Source of the DNA: Podarcis bocagei
Lineage: Eukaryota
Length of the DNA: 64,000 nucleotides
NCBI GenBank assembly: GCA_964188305.1
Contig: OZ076898.1
Reading direction: 5' to 3' (one strand)
A program made the translations under genes and the position numbers. This document shows positions 26,201-57,121 of this stretch, in pieces. Within the stretch, counting starts at the first letter, position 1; each line of letters opens with the position of its first letter. The notes under the pieces were generated by a model. The model was given only the letters and a program-made list of their open reading frames with translations, ran no database searches and was not told the DNA's origin.

Positions 26201-26522
26201 TTGCCCATCACCATTACAGTCACTTTGCGGCGTGGTGGGAGCAGAGTCAGGCCCAGGCGCCCCCCAATGGTCACCAGCCCTGGGAGGGGGAGGGGAAAGG
26301 TTAGCTCCTGCACACACACCCCCACGCAACCCTTCAGACGTCCCCATCCCCCGACCCAGGAAGACCCCCCATCTTCTTGCCCCATCCCCAACTCTCACCA
26401 TGACCCGGATGCACATAAAGCGAGTGCGCCTCCCGCAGGACCCGCTCGGTCACGGATTCAGACACACTCGCGGCAGCCGGGTTCGCGGCCTCGCGGGGCT
26501 TCCCACCCTTGCCCCCAGGCAT
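20287..26522 (-). CDS. uncharacterised EHD/dynamin-superfamily P-loop NTPase with two C-terminal hydrophobic (TM-like) segments, 453 aa
   Basis: 12 exons: 26522-26399, 26279-26168, 25195-25102, 24830-24776, 24455-24315, 23080-22920, 22778-22680, 22466-22321, 21879-21705, 20790-20678, 20589-20505, 20343-20287. All GT-AG with compatible phases, 1362 nt, no internal stop. G1 GNHSAGKS, G2-like ETQ, G3 DTPG, G4 SKAD. Candidate poly(A) signal at 18516-18521. Confidence 0.9.
23549..24018. mobile_element. Tc1/mariner MITE interrupted by a minus-strand tRNA SINE (~23575-23805)
   Basis: TIR CAGTGGTGCC(T/C)CGCAAGACGAA, TA flanks, internal CGTCTTGCG motifs. Confidence 0.82.
25628..25941. mobile_element. 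hAT-type MITE
   Basis: Imperfect TIR CCGGGGCCAGATTT / AAATTCGGCACTG; 8-bp TSD CCATGCAC at 25620-25627 and 25942-25949. Confidence 0.78.
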
Positions 26523-26900
26523 GGCTACCGGAGAGCGAGAAGCCAACGGAAACGGCAAGGAAGCCTGGGAAGCGGGGCGGAAGCGAGGAAACTACAGCTC
26601 CCGAAAGGCAGTGCGCGCGCGTGCGCGTGAGGGAGGGGGTTTGTCTTTCCCATAAGGCATCGCGCCCAGCAGGTAGTCAAGCCGCGTAGACGTTGCTGCT
26701 CTCTTAAGTAGACTCAGGTGTACGCCGCGGCACTACAGTTCCCATGGGGCAACTCGGCCTGAGGCGCCTATCAAACGAGGAGCGAAACCCAAAGGGGGTT
26801 CAGTCGTGATGGTTGTTTGCATAAACTTCTGGTTCCCGATTGCGGGTGTCAAGAACCTCGGTGTAAGAGGCAATAGCGGTGGAAATAGACGCGAACGTGG
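26520..26900. promoter_or_regulatory. CpG-island promoter of the NTPase gene with two ZNF143/THAP11-type motifs
   Basis: CpG-dense. ACTACAGCTCCC at 26591-26602 and ACTACAGTTCCC at 26732-26743; GC box and GGAAG (ETS-like) sites near 26570-26585; TGCGCGCGC at ~26612. Confidence 0.65.
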
Positions 26901-27169
26901 GAAGCTCAAACCAGGCAGGGACAGGTGTTCCCTTTCGCTTGCTTAAAATGATGTCCTCCATCCCCAAAACATATTTAGCGTAGTGGGGCTACTTTTTAAA
27001 GGATGAAGGAATAGCATAGATTCGCGTGGTGCAGCTCTCCCCGACATACAGATATAGGGAGCGCTACACCTGTTGAACCTGCATCTGTTATGCCCCCTTT
27101 CACACTCCAATCCTATGCAGATTTAAGCAAGGCTAAAAGTCCATTGATTTTCATTGGTTTACCTCCCCT

Positions 27170-27417
27170 CAACATTCCAGCCAACCTAGGAGTTCGAAAG
27201 CACGCAGTGAAAGTAGATAAATAGGTACTGCTCTGGCGGGAAGGTAAACGGCGTTTCCGTGCGCTGCTCTGGTTCGCCAGAAGCGGCTTAGTCATGCTGG
27301 CCACATGACCCGAAAGCAGTACGCTGGCTCCCTTGGCCAATAAAGCGAGATGAGCGCTGCAACCCCTAGAGTCATCCGCGACTGGACCTGATGGTCTGGG
27401 GTCCCTTTACCTTTACC
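27170..27417 (+). mobile_element. Sauria SINE, 5'-truncated
   Basis: Shares the core GTTCGAAAGCAC...GGGAAGGTAAACGGCG...CATGCTGGCCACATGACC with the other copies; ACCTTT tail. Confidence 0.85.
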
Positions 27418-28527
27418 TCCCCTCAACATAGGATTATGTAACTAAAACCCTCAACAATCTTTGCTGTAGAAGCATACTACTAGGTGTGCTGTTGAACTGT
27501 CATTTTATATATAGAGAGAGAGGCATTGTAGGGAAATCTTCAGGCGTTGGCAAGGCAGATTTTAACTTTTTATATGGTTTTTAGCACACGGTTTTATGTG
27601 CAATTGTTGTAAACTGCTCCAATATTTTTTTATGGGTGTTTGCTGTTGTGCCACACCTACTGGAGTGAGTAAAATTTAGTGCAGCGTGCCAATATATTGG
27701 TCAAATGCCACAGTTTAGGACTGTCAGAAAATGGGGCAGAAGTTCTAGTATTATACTGTAATCAGGAAAACTCACACAATACTGCCCCATCTAGATGCAC
27801 CCTTCAAGTCTGGGGCGCCCCACCCTTTTTTGCCCCCAACATGACTGTTGTCTGCCAGGCGCTCAAAAAGACGAGTGGGACCATTTCCTAAGCAATCCAA
27901 AGTTCACAGGTGGAGTCGTATCAACTCTTAATAGGTACTTCTAAATTTTATGTAAGTCTGGTTACATATTACATGCATGGAAGGGAGCCAAGTGGGCTCT
28001 GCCTGTTGAGAAATGTGGATTTTCTGCTTGAAGACTGCCAGAGAAAACAGGAGGCAATCCTTGTCAAAAAACGCAAGGAAGTAGGAATCGTTGCCCACCT
28101 TTCTCCATCATGGCCTTATCCTTCAGCAACAGACTGTCTTGCCATTTTGAGGGTTAAAGTGCAGAGAAACAGACTCTGGGCCTCCATACGTTGTTGGACT
28201 CCAATTCCTATCAACCCTAGACAGCATTGCCAATGGTGAAGGATGATGGGAGTTGTAGTCCAGCAACATGGGGGGGGCACAGGTTCCCCATCCCTGCCCT
28301 AAGGCAAGCAGAACAGGCAGAACTCCAGCCTATGGTCTCTCTTTTGGAAATGAGGATTTCCGACCAATGCAAATAGCACTTTCAGAGGAGGAGTTATTTG
28401 TGTTCTGTAAGGGCTTATTCTCTGAACATGAAGAAAAGCAAGCATGGCAACAGAGCAAACCTGTTTGTTTATTTACTTTGCAAAAGCAAACAAAGGACAG
28501 CCACAAATTCTAAAATGGAACAGGAAC

Positions 28528-28774
28528 TGTTAAGTTGTGGGTGAGCATATCAGACGACACAGCGATTCTTCAAACAGCTCTTGTTTATTCACAGGCCAGG
28601 ACAGAACTGAACTGAAGGGTTCAGTCAGCCTGCTTATATAGAGCTCCAGTACAATGTAACTGTAACAATTTTCTAAAACTATCCAATCACTGAACGCCAC
28701 TTTCGATCCCTTATTTGCATAACTATCTACAGTATCCCCCTGCTGGCCCAGGGTGAGAACTTCAGTACATAACA
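28528..28774 (-). mobile_element. solo LTR
   Basis: TGTTA...TAACA termini; 5-bp TSD GGAAC at 28523-28527 and 28775-28779; TATA-like and AATAAA motifs on the minus strand. Confidence 0.82.
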
Positions 28775-28907
28775 GGAACCATTCCCACAAAATTCATTTT
28801 AGGTAGGCCTTGCTTGTGGCTTCAGTCCTGTATTGTACTGAATGCAGGTCAAGTCAGCACTCCAGGCCTGTTGTTGTGAAAATCCTGATGTGGGGATAGA
28901 GGTGTGT

Positions 28908-32391
<3,484 letters not shown>

Positions 32392-32752
32392 CACCTGGAA
32401 GCAAAAGATATTGTAGTCAAATATGACCCACTCCTTTCCCCCCCCCCCCAAAAAAAGAGCTGGTGCTGCTTCCTTTACTTCCTTTTGGGCCAAATCCTAG
32501 TAGGGGAGTAAAACTTCATGGCCACCTACCAGCTCTCCTCTCCTTTTGGACAGCTGCACTTCTCTCCTTTCTTCTGTCTTCCTCTTGTTTCCTGAAGTTA
32601 GTTCCTGACCCAGGAATTGCAAATTGAGAGAGCAGGGTGTGTGCTTCCCCAGTTGAAGTCTCCTGTATGCTTTGGCTGGGATCCAGCCAGGACCTTCCCC
32701 TAAATTGGCAGTAATTCCCCTAGTTGGCTAAAATTGTGTGAGATAACTCTCT

Positions 32753-32755
<3 letters not shown>

Positions 32756-32797
<42 letters not shown>
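32756..32797. repeat. (CT)n microsatellite
   Basis: Seen directly. Confidence 0.95.
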
Positions 32798-32799
<2 letters not shown>

Positions 32800-35360
32800 A
32801 TGATACTTTATCAAAGGCACTGGTATGTAACCTCAGTCTCCACCCTAGCTAATTTAACCCCTTAGCGTGTGTACACAGGTAGCAAACCCAGGTGTATCCT
32901 GAACAGCCCAGGATAAGCTTTGTCCTACCATATTCCTTCATACCAAGGGAAGGGCCTTCAACCTTTGATCTGCAGTTACTGTACTCAGTTCAGGGCAAGG
33001 CATCCTGCAGGTCTAGTTAACAAACGTTTACAAACTAGTACTTCCCTGGCTCAAGTTGTGGCTCTCCGGAAGGAATGGGGCAGGAGATGAACCTGGAGGT
33101 GATATTTGAGCATGCAGGAAAAGGACATCGCCTCCACTTGTTCCACAACTGCAACTCCAGAGGGTGAACATCCAACCTGGTGCTGAGAAGCCTTTCACAC
33201 ACCCACACTCTCACCCATTATCTCATTGAATCGATACCTATTATTCACCCAAGGGATGGATTTTGGAAGGCACGTCACTGTGAAGGGCATCTGTTCATAG
33301 ATGGTGCCTGAACGCATTTATGTAGACCTCCTCCATGTCCAGCCAAGTCTACCATTTCCTGGAATCAAGTAGTCCCTGGCATGAGGGTGGCCAGAAGAGG
33401 CATAGAGAGTGCGTAACAGTCGGCCAGTGGCCTCATCTCAGTATTCCCCCTCCAACTGGTGTCTCTCCCAGAGGGAAAGACTAGACCACGTGAAAAATGA
33501 ACATAATATTTTAGCTGCAGGCCATTCATTTTCAGCTTTGTATTCTTGTTATTTAAAAAGTGTGCCTAGACATTCCATTGTTGTGCCCATAACCTAGGTT
33601 TAAGGTGTCATTTAGCTCCTAGCTTTCGTATCTCAGTTTCTAATACTGCCTGTAAACCATATTTTCTTACAGAGAATCCAGGTGTCCTGCCTGATAGTTT
33701 GACCTTTGCCCCAGGGGCGCAACGTGAGGGGGTTGGGGGGCCGTAGCCCCGGCATACCATTTTGAGGGGGCATGAACCAGGCACCCCCATGCAGGGATCC
33801 CTGTCCCACCCTGCCTTCCGCCTGGGGTCTCTGGACCCCAAAGCCCGGCCTGGCCTCACTACCACATCCCCTGCCCCCTCACTGAATGGCTACCTGGCCA
33901 GTGTCTGGGGCGGGGGTGGGATTCACGCACCAAGGGTTGTGTCGGCTAGCTGGGCTCCCCCCTGCATGGGTGGGCCGGTGGTGCAGCATAGACCCACTTG
34001 GCTCTGGTGGTGAGAGCTGGGCTGGTGCAGCGGGTTCTGTTCACCCTCTGTCCCCTGCCCCCCCCCCCCGTGGCAGGCACCCTGGGCACCAGCAAACCAT
34101 GCAATGCCACTGCTTTGCCCCACTACACGCCACGATAGAAAAGGCTCAACCTTTGTTTGTTCAATTTAGAGCAACACTTAAATATCGTTTGCTACTGCCC
34201 ACCCTGTGGTGTTTTATTGTGGGCATGTTCTTGACGCAACAATTGTACATTCCTGGCGGTCTTATTCTGCTTTGTGAGTTGTTCTGTGATGCTTTCCTGG
34301 CGATACCACATTATTGCTGTCTGGAGGGCTGACGTATAAGCAGGTGGTGGCAACGAGGGAGAAATAGGACAGGTCACCCATTGTTAGTTGGTTGACGCTG
34401 CAAAAACCCCACAGCGCTGCCTTGGAAATGTTTCGTTGCTCAGAGAAGAGAGGAGGATGCCACAGAAATACGTTTGTTTTTCATAAACAAAGACCCACTC
34501 AAGCACAAACTATGCGGGAAAATGTGGGACCCATTTGCAACTGCCCCATTTAAGACCTAAAACAAGGCGGGGTACAATTTAAAACACCCAAATGTCACGC
34601 AGTGAGGTGGTGCTCAATCTCTCTTGCCTCAGCACTGCCTTCCCCCAGCCAGACTCACTTCCAGTGTTAGCTGGTGAGGAAAGGACTTTATAGGACCGTG
34701 TAGATATGGCGAATGGTGGAGGACAGGCGCCAACAAACCCTTTCCTTGTGATCCTCTGGCGTTTGACCTATTCAATTTAGATCTGATGAGGAAAAGCCCC
34801 TGCTATTTTTAAGTCTGTGTTCATATTGCTGCCTTAGAACTCAGTGCTTGTCTTCATCAGTGCTTTTCACAGATCCTTCCCCCACCCCCAAGCTGTCCAC
34901 ATCAGCACTGTTTCGTTAGTTTCAGATTCGTTTCTGTTTGTGTACACACTAACGGGGGTTGGGAAGTGGGTAGGAAGGCTCTCGGACCCCATCAGAGCCT
35001 CAAGCCCCCTTCCCAAAGTCCTAGCAGGCACCTTGAGGGCTGTGGGGAGGGTGTCAAATGGCCTCACACAGGGTGGCATATTACCAAGGTCCACCCCTGT
35101 TCACACGTTTGCTGGACATGAATTAGGAATGGCTTAGGGACTCCAATCGGTGTGGAGCTGGTTTAATTATTTATTTCATTAAATTTATACACTGCTTGAT
35201 TGCAAAACAACAACAACAACCTAAAAGCTGTCTGAGAAACAACACCTCAGTCAGTAGTATTGTATAACAAAGAGATTTTCCCTTTATCAATATGGATCTT
35301 TTATTCAGCTCCTCTTCAGTCGAAAGACTGAAAGTCTCACTGTGAGGCATGGAGAGATGC

Positions 35361-43840
<8,480 letters not shown>

Positions 43841-44021
43841 CGCCTGCTAGTGGAGCAACAGGAATAATATAGTGCGGTCATTTCAGGAGGGGCCTGTCCC
43901 CACAGCAGTGCAGCCCTGGAATCAAAGGCATCTCTCCTAGCCAGACTCCAGCCAGCCTGCCTAAGATGCATCCCAGCCGTTTTCGCCCCCTTCTTCTTCC
44001 TACGACACCTTGCTCTCAATA

Positions 44022-44252
44022 CAGTGGTACCTCAGGTTACAGGTGCATCAGGTAACAGACGCTTCAGGTTACAGACTCCACTAACCAAGAAATAGTACCT
44101 CAGGTTAAGAACTTTGCTTCAGGATGGGAACAGAAATCGCGCGGCGGCAGCGGGAGGCCCCCTTAGCTAAAGTGGTACCTCAGGTTAAGAACAGTTTCAG
44201 GTTAAGAACGGACCTCCAGAACGAATTAAGTTCTTAACCCAAGGGACCACTG
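44022..44252. mobile_element. Tc1/mariner (Tigger-like) MITE
   Basis: CAGTGGTACCTC TIR family, TA flanks. Confidence 0.87.
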
Positions 44253-46486
44253 TACTCTCTTTTCCTGACACCTCAAACACAAACCCCATCACCATGGCAA
44301 CCTCTGTCTGTCCAGGTCCAAGAATTCCTCTCAGGTGGGCCATCAACACCTTTTGTCATGTCTAATATCCCAGGCGAGGCCCTGGCTTGGAAAGGAAGCT
44401 TAGCCTGTATTTTCCCACTGGCCTGCAAACTTCCCTTCAACTAATCAAAAATCCTACCATTATTAATGTACAGGGTTTAGTCACCCCCCAAATCTATCAC
44501 AGTATCGTGCTTCACTGCTTATCCCCACTGTCTCTGCCCTGCTCTCCTTCAGCACCACTTGCTGACCCTGGAAGAACAAAACTTGCTTCACTCATTACTC
44601 CAGTTACGGACCTTTGTCATTCCTTACTTTCTTTCCCCTGTCTCTCTTCTCTTGCCTCCGAAAAGAAACTGCACTGTACAGGACCTGCCTGAGGTGTGTC
44701 TGCTTATATGACAGAGTCCAGAGGGGTGAGGAGGGAGGTGCTTCTGACTGCTGTTTTTCTCATGCCCAGGCATCCAGCCAAGAGCCATGACTCTAGGAGA
44801 GTGTTGACTATAGGAGTGTGTCCTTGTGGATTAAAGTTGGGGGGAGGGCGAATCAGAGCAGGATTTTGGGGCAGACACATAGCTGTCAACCTTCCCTTTT
44901 TTTGCGGGAAATTCCCTTATTCCAGCGCCATTTCCCGCTGCTTCCCGCTGCTATCCCGGATTGTTAGATACCCTGTAGACTGTCCTGTAGAACTCCGACC
45001 TGCACCCGGCATCCTTTAAGTCCTTAAAGGTTGGGCCCTCCTAGAGATTTATTTTGGACTACAGTTCCCATCATCCTTGACCATTGGTCCTGCCAGCTAG
45101 GGATGATGGGAGTTGTAGTCCAAAAACAACTGGATACCCAAGTTTGGGAAACTACAGCCTAACTGATCTCCACAGGGCTGTGGTAAGGATAAAATGGGGA
45201 GGACCATGTATATACTGCCTTGAGCTCCTTAAAGGAAAAGTGTGATATGAATGTAATAAATAAATACAAATTAAAAAAAAAAAAGCTGTGTAGGGCTTTG
45301 TGGGTTAAAATCTGCACTTTAAATTGGGCCAGGACTTGAGACTGGGAAGTGCTGGCAGGATGTCATTAAAAATCCCCACTCCCAGCTAATATTCTTGCAG
45401 CTCTAGTTTGACTCAACAGCAGTTTCCAGACCATTTTTTAACAGCAGCCCCGGGTGCAACACATTGCTGTTGTCTAAGCAGGAGGTTACCTGAGCACTGA
45501 GCACTGTAGCTCAGTTGTCCCTATCCAGGTATGGTCACAGCTGGCATATTGGCCCAAAAGCTGATAAAAGACACTTTGAGGCCACTTAGAAAATACTTGA
45601 GCTCCTGTTGCCTGTGGGAAGAACTCTGTGGCAGGAGCTGGCCTTCCTCCCCAGTTCTGCCCTTGGCTCTGAACTAAGGCTCTGAACTGAGGGGAACGGT
45701 GCTTGTGGGGAGGGCAAGACGTCCAGGATTGCCACTGATACCGATGTGGGAGGAGGGAATTCCTCCAAGCCCTCTCCTGTGAGGAGCCCAACTGCCAATA
45801 TGCCAGCTCTCTGTGTGCGAGTATGGCAGGAATGTGGCTTTGCCCTCCTGGCATGGGGGTTGCCACCAGCTCTGCTTCTGGAACTGACCTGCGGGTGGGA
45901 ACAGTGCTTCAGAGGAGGAACTGCTCATGGTCCCAGGTAAAGAGAGCCAAAACCGACACTGAAATGGGTTGAAACTTGAGCTTACTCCCCGCTCCCTCCT
46001 CTCATTCATTTTTCCTTTTATGCCATGTCTTTGTGAGCCTGAGGGCAGAGGAGTGGTCTTAGACATAGGAGCCGACTCCTGGCAGCCAAGTTCCCTTCAC
46101 CCACCCACCCCAAATAAAACATTTGAGGAGGCCAGCTCCACCCCACTCCCCAATGGATAGCCGTTGCCATTCAAATGGTGTGTGTATGACACATCTTGTG
46201 AATGATTATGTGAAGCAGGACTTAAACACACACACCCCTCATATTTTGTTCAAGTTGGCACCCCTGGTCTTAGAAATGATTTTTGTTAGTTGCTCTTTAA
46301 GCCTTTTGAGCCTAAAGGGCTAGGCATAAATGCTGAAAATAAGGAATTATGAGCTCAATTCCGCTGTCCCTCTGGCACTACTTACTGGCAAGGAAATAAA
46401 AATGGTACAATCGCCTACCAACTTCCCTCCCTTCACCAGTTACCAGAAAGCGCCTTTTTGTTCCCCTGTACTGCTGTTTGTCTGTA

Positions 46487-46709
46487 CAGTGGTACCTCGG
46501 GTTAAGTACTTAATTTGTTCCGGAGGTCTGTTCTTAACCTGAAACTGTTCTTAACCTGAAGCACCACTTTAGCTAATTGGGCCTCCCGCTGCTGCCACGC
46601 CGGGGGAGCACGATTTCTGTTTTCATCCTGAAGTACTATTTCTGGGTTAGCGGAGACTGTAACCTGAAGCGTATGTAACCTGAAGTGTATGTAACCCGGG
46701 GTACCACTG
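46487..46709. mobile_element. Tc1/mariner (Tigger-like) MITE
   Basis: TIR CAGTGGTACCTCGGGTTA / TAACCCGGGGTACCACTG. Confidence 0.85.
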
Positions 46710-47540
46710 CACTGTACTGTTTGTCTGTACTGCTTGTTCTAGTCAGGTCTGGTTAGAATGCCTGTGTTTTTTGGTGAGGTATTTTCTCTTGCCTCCGGTT
46801 TCTTTTGCTCCAGGGCTGGGTTTCGTCTGCTGCTTCCTGGCCTTGCTGTGCAGATTTCACCATGGCCATATATTTTGTGGAGGTTAATGTGGGCTTGAGT
46901 AGTGATACCCTACGACATCTGCAAACGGAGAACACTGATTCCAACCCCATGCCACTACCTTAAAATGCCTAAATCAGCTGGCTGTTGTGATACCCTCTGA
47001 GCTTCCGCTCACGCCAGCAATCTGTGCTGGAATGTAAACAGACATGTGACATGTAACAATCCACATATCTGCAGCAAAAGGTGGAATGGAATTCCCAACA
47101 GGCACCACCATTATCCTGTTCTGCTGGGGAAAGTTGCAATGATTACCAGAGCCTCTTCTAGCCGCAGAATTACACCGGCTACCAATTCAGCTGCTGAGTG
47201 TAAGAAGGGCCTGCTGGATCAGGCCAATGGCCCATCTAATCCAGCATCCTGTTCTCACAGTGGCCAACCAGATGCCTGTGGGAAACCAGCCAGCAGGATC
47301 TGATCACAAGAGCCCTCTCCGGTCCTGCGCTTTCCAGAACTGGTAGTCAGAAGCACTGCTGCCTCTGACTGTGGCTGCAGAGCAGAGCCATTGTGGATAG
47401 CAGCTGTTGCTGATAACCCCAACACGGCCTCTCGGTTTGAGATTGGGGAATTAAAAGTGGGCAGACTCACAAAGTCTTTTGCAGGGCTCTTCCCTTTTCA
47501 GTGCCCATCCTATTCTGATTTTTATAGGGGTGGGAGAATA

Positions 47541-47979
47541 CAGTGGTGCCCTGCAAGACGAATGCCTCGCAAGACAGAAAACCCGCTAGACGAAAGTGTT
47601 TTCCGTTTTGGAGGTTCTTCGCAAAACGAATTTCCTATGGGCTTGCTTCGCAAGACGAAAATGTCTTGCGAGTTCCTGCGGGTTTTTTTCCTTTCCGCCC
47701 CCCTTTTTCCCAAGCCGCTAAGCTGCTTATCAGCTGATCCTAAGCTGCTAGGCCGCTTAACAGCTGATCCGCTAAGCCGCTTATCAGCTGATCCGCTAAG
47801 TCGCTTAACAGCTGATCCGCTAAGCCGCTAAACCGCTTATCAGCTGATCCGTTAAGCCCGCTAAGCCGCTAATAGCGCTAATCCGCTAATCCGCTAATGG
47901 GCTTGCTTCGCAAGACGAAAAAACTGCAAGACGAAGAGACTCGCGGAACGGATTCTTTTCGTCTTGCGAGGCACCACTG
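47541..47979. mobile_element. Tc1/mariner MITE inserted after the duplication
   Basis: TIRs with TA duplication. The paralogous site at ~57851-57866 (GGGAGAATACAAGAG) is empty. Confidence 0.93.
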
Positions 47980-48289
47980 TACAAGAGAAACGTCGCTGTT
48001 GAATTTGCTTGCAAAATTCAGCTTTTGTTCTCCCTTCCTAGTCAAGTGGCATTGAAAGGAGAAAAATAAAAGAGCACCGGCAACAGATCCCTTCCTGGTC
48101 AAGTGGCATTTAAAGGAGAAAAATAAAAGAGCATCAGCAACAGATCCTGTCCTAGAGGGCTTGGCAAATGTGTGTTTGAATCAGCCCTCTTTTAAGGAAA
48201 CAAATAAAATGATAATGGGTTGTGGCCAATGAAAACCAATTCAGAATAAGTCTGTTTGAAACCATTGGACCTAATTTAGCCATGGCTAT

Positions 48290-48610
48290 CCTAGGACTTG
48301 CCGATAGCATGGTCGGCGGTTCGAATCCCCGTGGCGGGTTGCACTCCCGTCGTTCGGTCCCAGCGCCTCCCAACCTAGCAGTTCGAAAGCACCCCCGGGT
48401 GCAAGTAGATAAATAGGGACCGCTTACCAGCGGGAAGGTAAACGGCGTTCCGTGTGCTGCGCTGGCTCGCCAGATGCAGCTTGTCATGCTGGCCACGTGA
48501 CCCGGAAGTGTCTGCGGACAGCGCTGGCTCCCGGCCTATAGAGTGAGATGAGCACACAACCCTAGAGTCTGGCAAGACTGGCCCGTACGGGCAGGGGTAC
48601 CTTTACCTTT
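48290..48610 (+). mobile_element. Sauria SINE (duplicated at ~58110-58431)
   Basis: B-box GGTTCGAATCC, Sauria core, ACCTTT tail. Confidence 0.87.
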
Positions 48611-48788
48611 TTATCCATTTAAATGACTCTACTTTGCATAGAACTAACATCATTGTTTCAGATGTACACAAACAAAATTCACTTTGGTCCTTCCATTTGG
48701 TTTCATTGCTTATTTTATTGAAATCAGCCAAAATGTCCACTCCAGGAATGTTATGAAGAAAATATCAATCGGTAGCAGAAGGATGTTC

Positions 48789-55496
<6,708 letters not shown>

Positions 55497-56940
55497 CACC
55501 TGGTGGAGCATGAAAAGAAATAAATGAGATAAGTCGAACCTGCATCAAAATGTTGCAGAGTGGACTCCCCATCTTCAAGGTCACCCCCCTTTCCCTGGAT
55601 ACACCGTCCCAGTTTCCCTTCCCCTCCTCCTTTTTTATCCTTCCCACCTTGAATTCAGCCAGTGCTTTGCTGCCACTGAGCCTGCTCAGACCTTACTGGA
55701 CTGTTGGAGGTTCCCTGAAGCTTACAGATACCTCTCTCGTGGGCACAGGCGGTACCACTGGTGAACGAGACTGCTCTTAGCGTATAGGATCCTTGTGCTT
55801 TCCACCCCAACACAGCCGTGCCCGTTGGCAGGAGGCCACGTTTGCCTACTGCTCTCCTGTGCCATCTACCTGAAGGAAACCAAATGAAATGCCCACCTGA
55901 CAGTTTCACTCCAGTGAAGCAGCTTCTTCCTCCTTTCCGCCTCTCTCTTGCTCTCTGCGCAGCTGGAGAGGGTCTTTTTCGGAGAGAGCAAAGTCCCTGA
56001 CTGAACTTCTTTGCATGTTAGATGAGGGCACTCTGCCAGTACTTTTCTGAGGTTACAGTTTAATTTTTGTAATAGTGTGGTGATCTAATGTGTGTGCGGC
56101 TGTTCATATGTGAGGATATCGTCGCATCTACTGCCCCAGGGCCTGATTTTCCACCCAACGTTCTTTAACCCTCTATAGCAAGTATCCCTGCAAAGAGGCC
56201 AGGCGACCCCCTGGTAATATACTCCGGCATTTCCTCTAGGGGGCAGGGCCCTTGAGCGATTCATATTACGGCAAGGGACCTTGGTTCCTGTTTTGCTACA
56301 GAAACACACATTTTTAGGAGTTAATACAGTTCTTTTTTAATTTTTAATTTAAATTTTAATAACATATAAAACATACATATACATTTACACAATTACACAA
56401 TACAGTTCAGTGAATAGAAGATCCAAGGACTGCATCCCATAATCCCCCAAGATAGATTGTAGCAACTTGACATTTTGTCCTAGCATCAGTTGAGGCTTGC
56501 GTACTTGGTTTTCTACCTACTGCACACGTAATATAGATCTTTTGCATATATATTTTTGCCCTTGAAATACGCTTCCTGATCAACCTCAAACCAGTCAAAG
56601 TGTTACTGCATGACAATTTTGGATTTCATCACCATGCCAGGGCTGTTGAAGCATTACTTTCCTGCAGTCGCCCGGAAGCTGACTAAAAACTAGTTTTCTC
56701 ATATCACTTAATATAGTTCTATACTGTCTGACATTATCAATCTACATGGCCAAGATCGTACTACGGGAAACAAAACCCTCCCCAACTTTAATTAGAAGCT
56801 TCTTCACAAGGGACACGCAGCATTAATGAACTGACCTTCAACTTTACCATTCTGAAGGGGTACTTCTACAGTGCTTCTAAAAAATTCCCTCTGATATGAG
56901 CTGGAACTCAGCACTGTTCCTGTCCCTCACCCCAACACAC

Positions 56941-57121
56941 CTTTTCGCATGAAGGGTGACACAGTTTGGTCAAAGATCAAAGAAGGTACAGAGCTGTGGT
57001 TAGTCATTGGGTTTAGTTTCATGTTCTCAAACATTGTATGCTGCACAATCTGGTTCACAACTGGGTCAGGGAGTTGTAGGCCCAGAAATTGGGCTACTTT
57101 CCGGATTTCCCGGGCCGGATC
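56941..57121 (-). pseudogene. orphan copy of SULT coding exon 6
   Basis: 181 nt, open frame DPAREIRKVAQFLGLQLPDPVVNQIVQHTMFENMKLNPMTNHSSVPSLIFDQTVSPFMRK, AG and GT intact. No exon 7 copy follows before copy C starts. Confidence 0.8.

Noticed and set aside
26760-27110. Possible snRNA-type gene (ZNF143 motif plus octamer-like TTTGCAT)
   Set aside because: No convincing proximal sequence element or recognisable RNA body; more simply the upstream part of the NTPase promoter.
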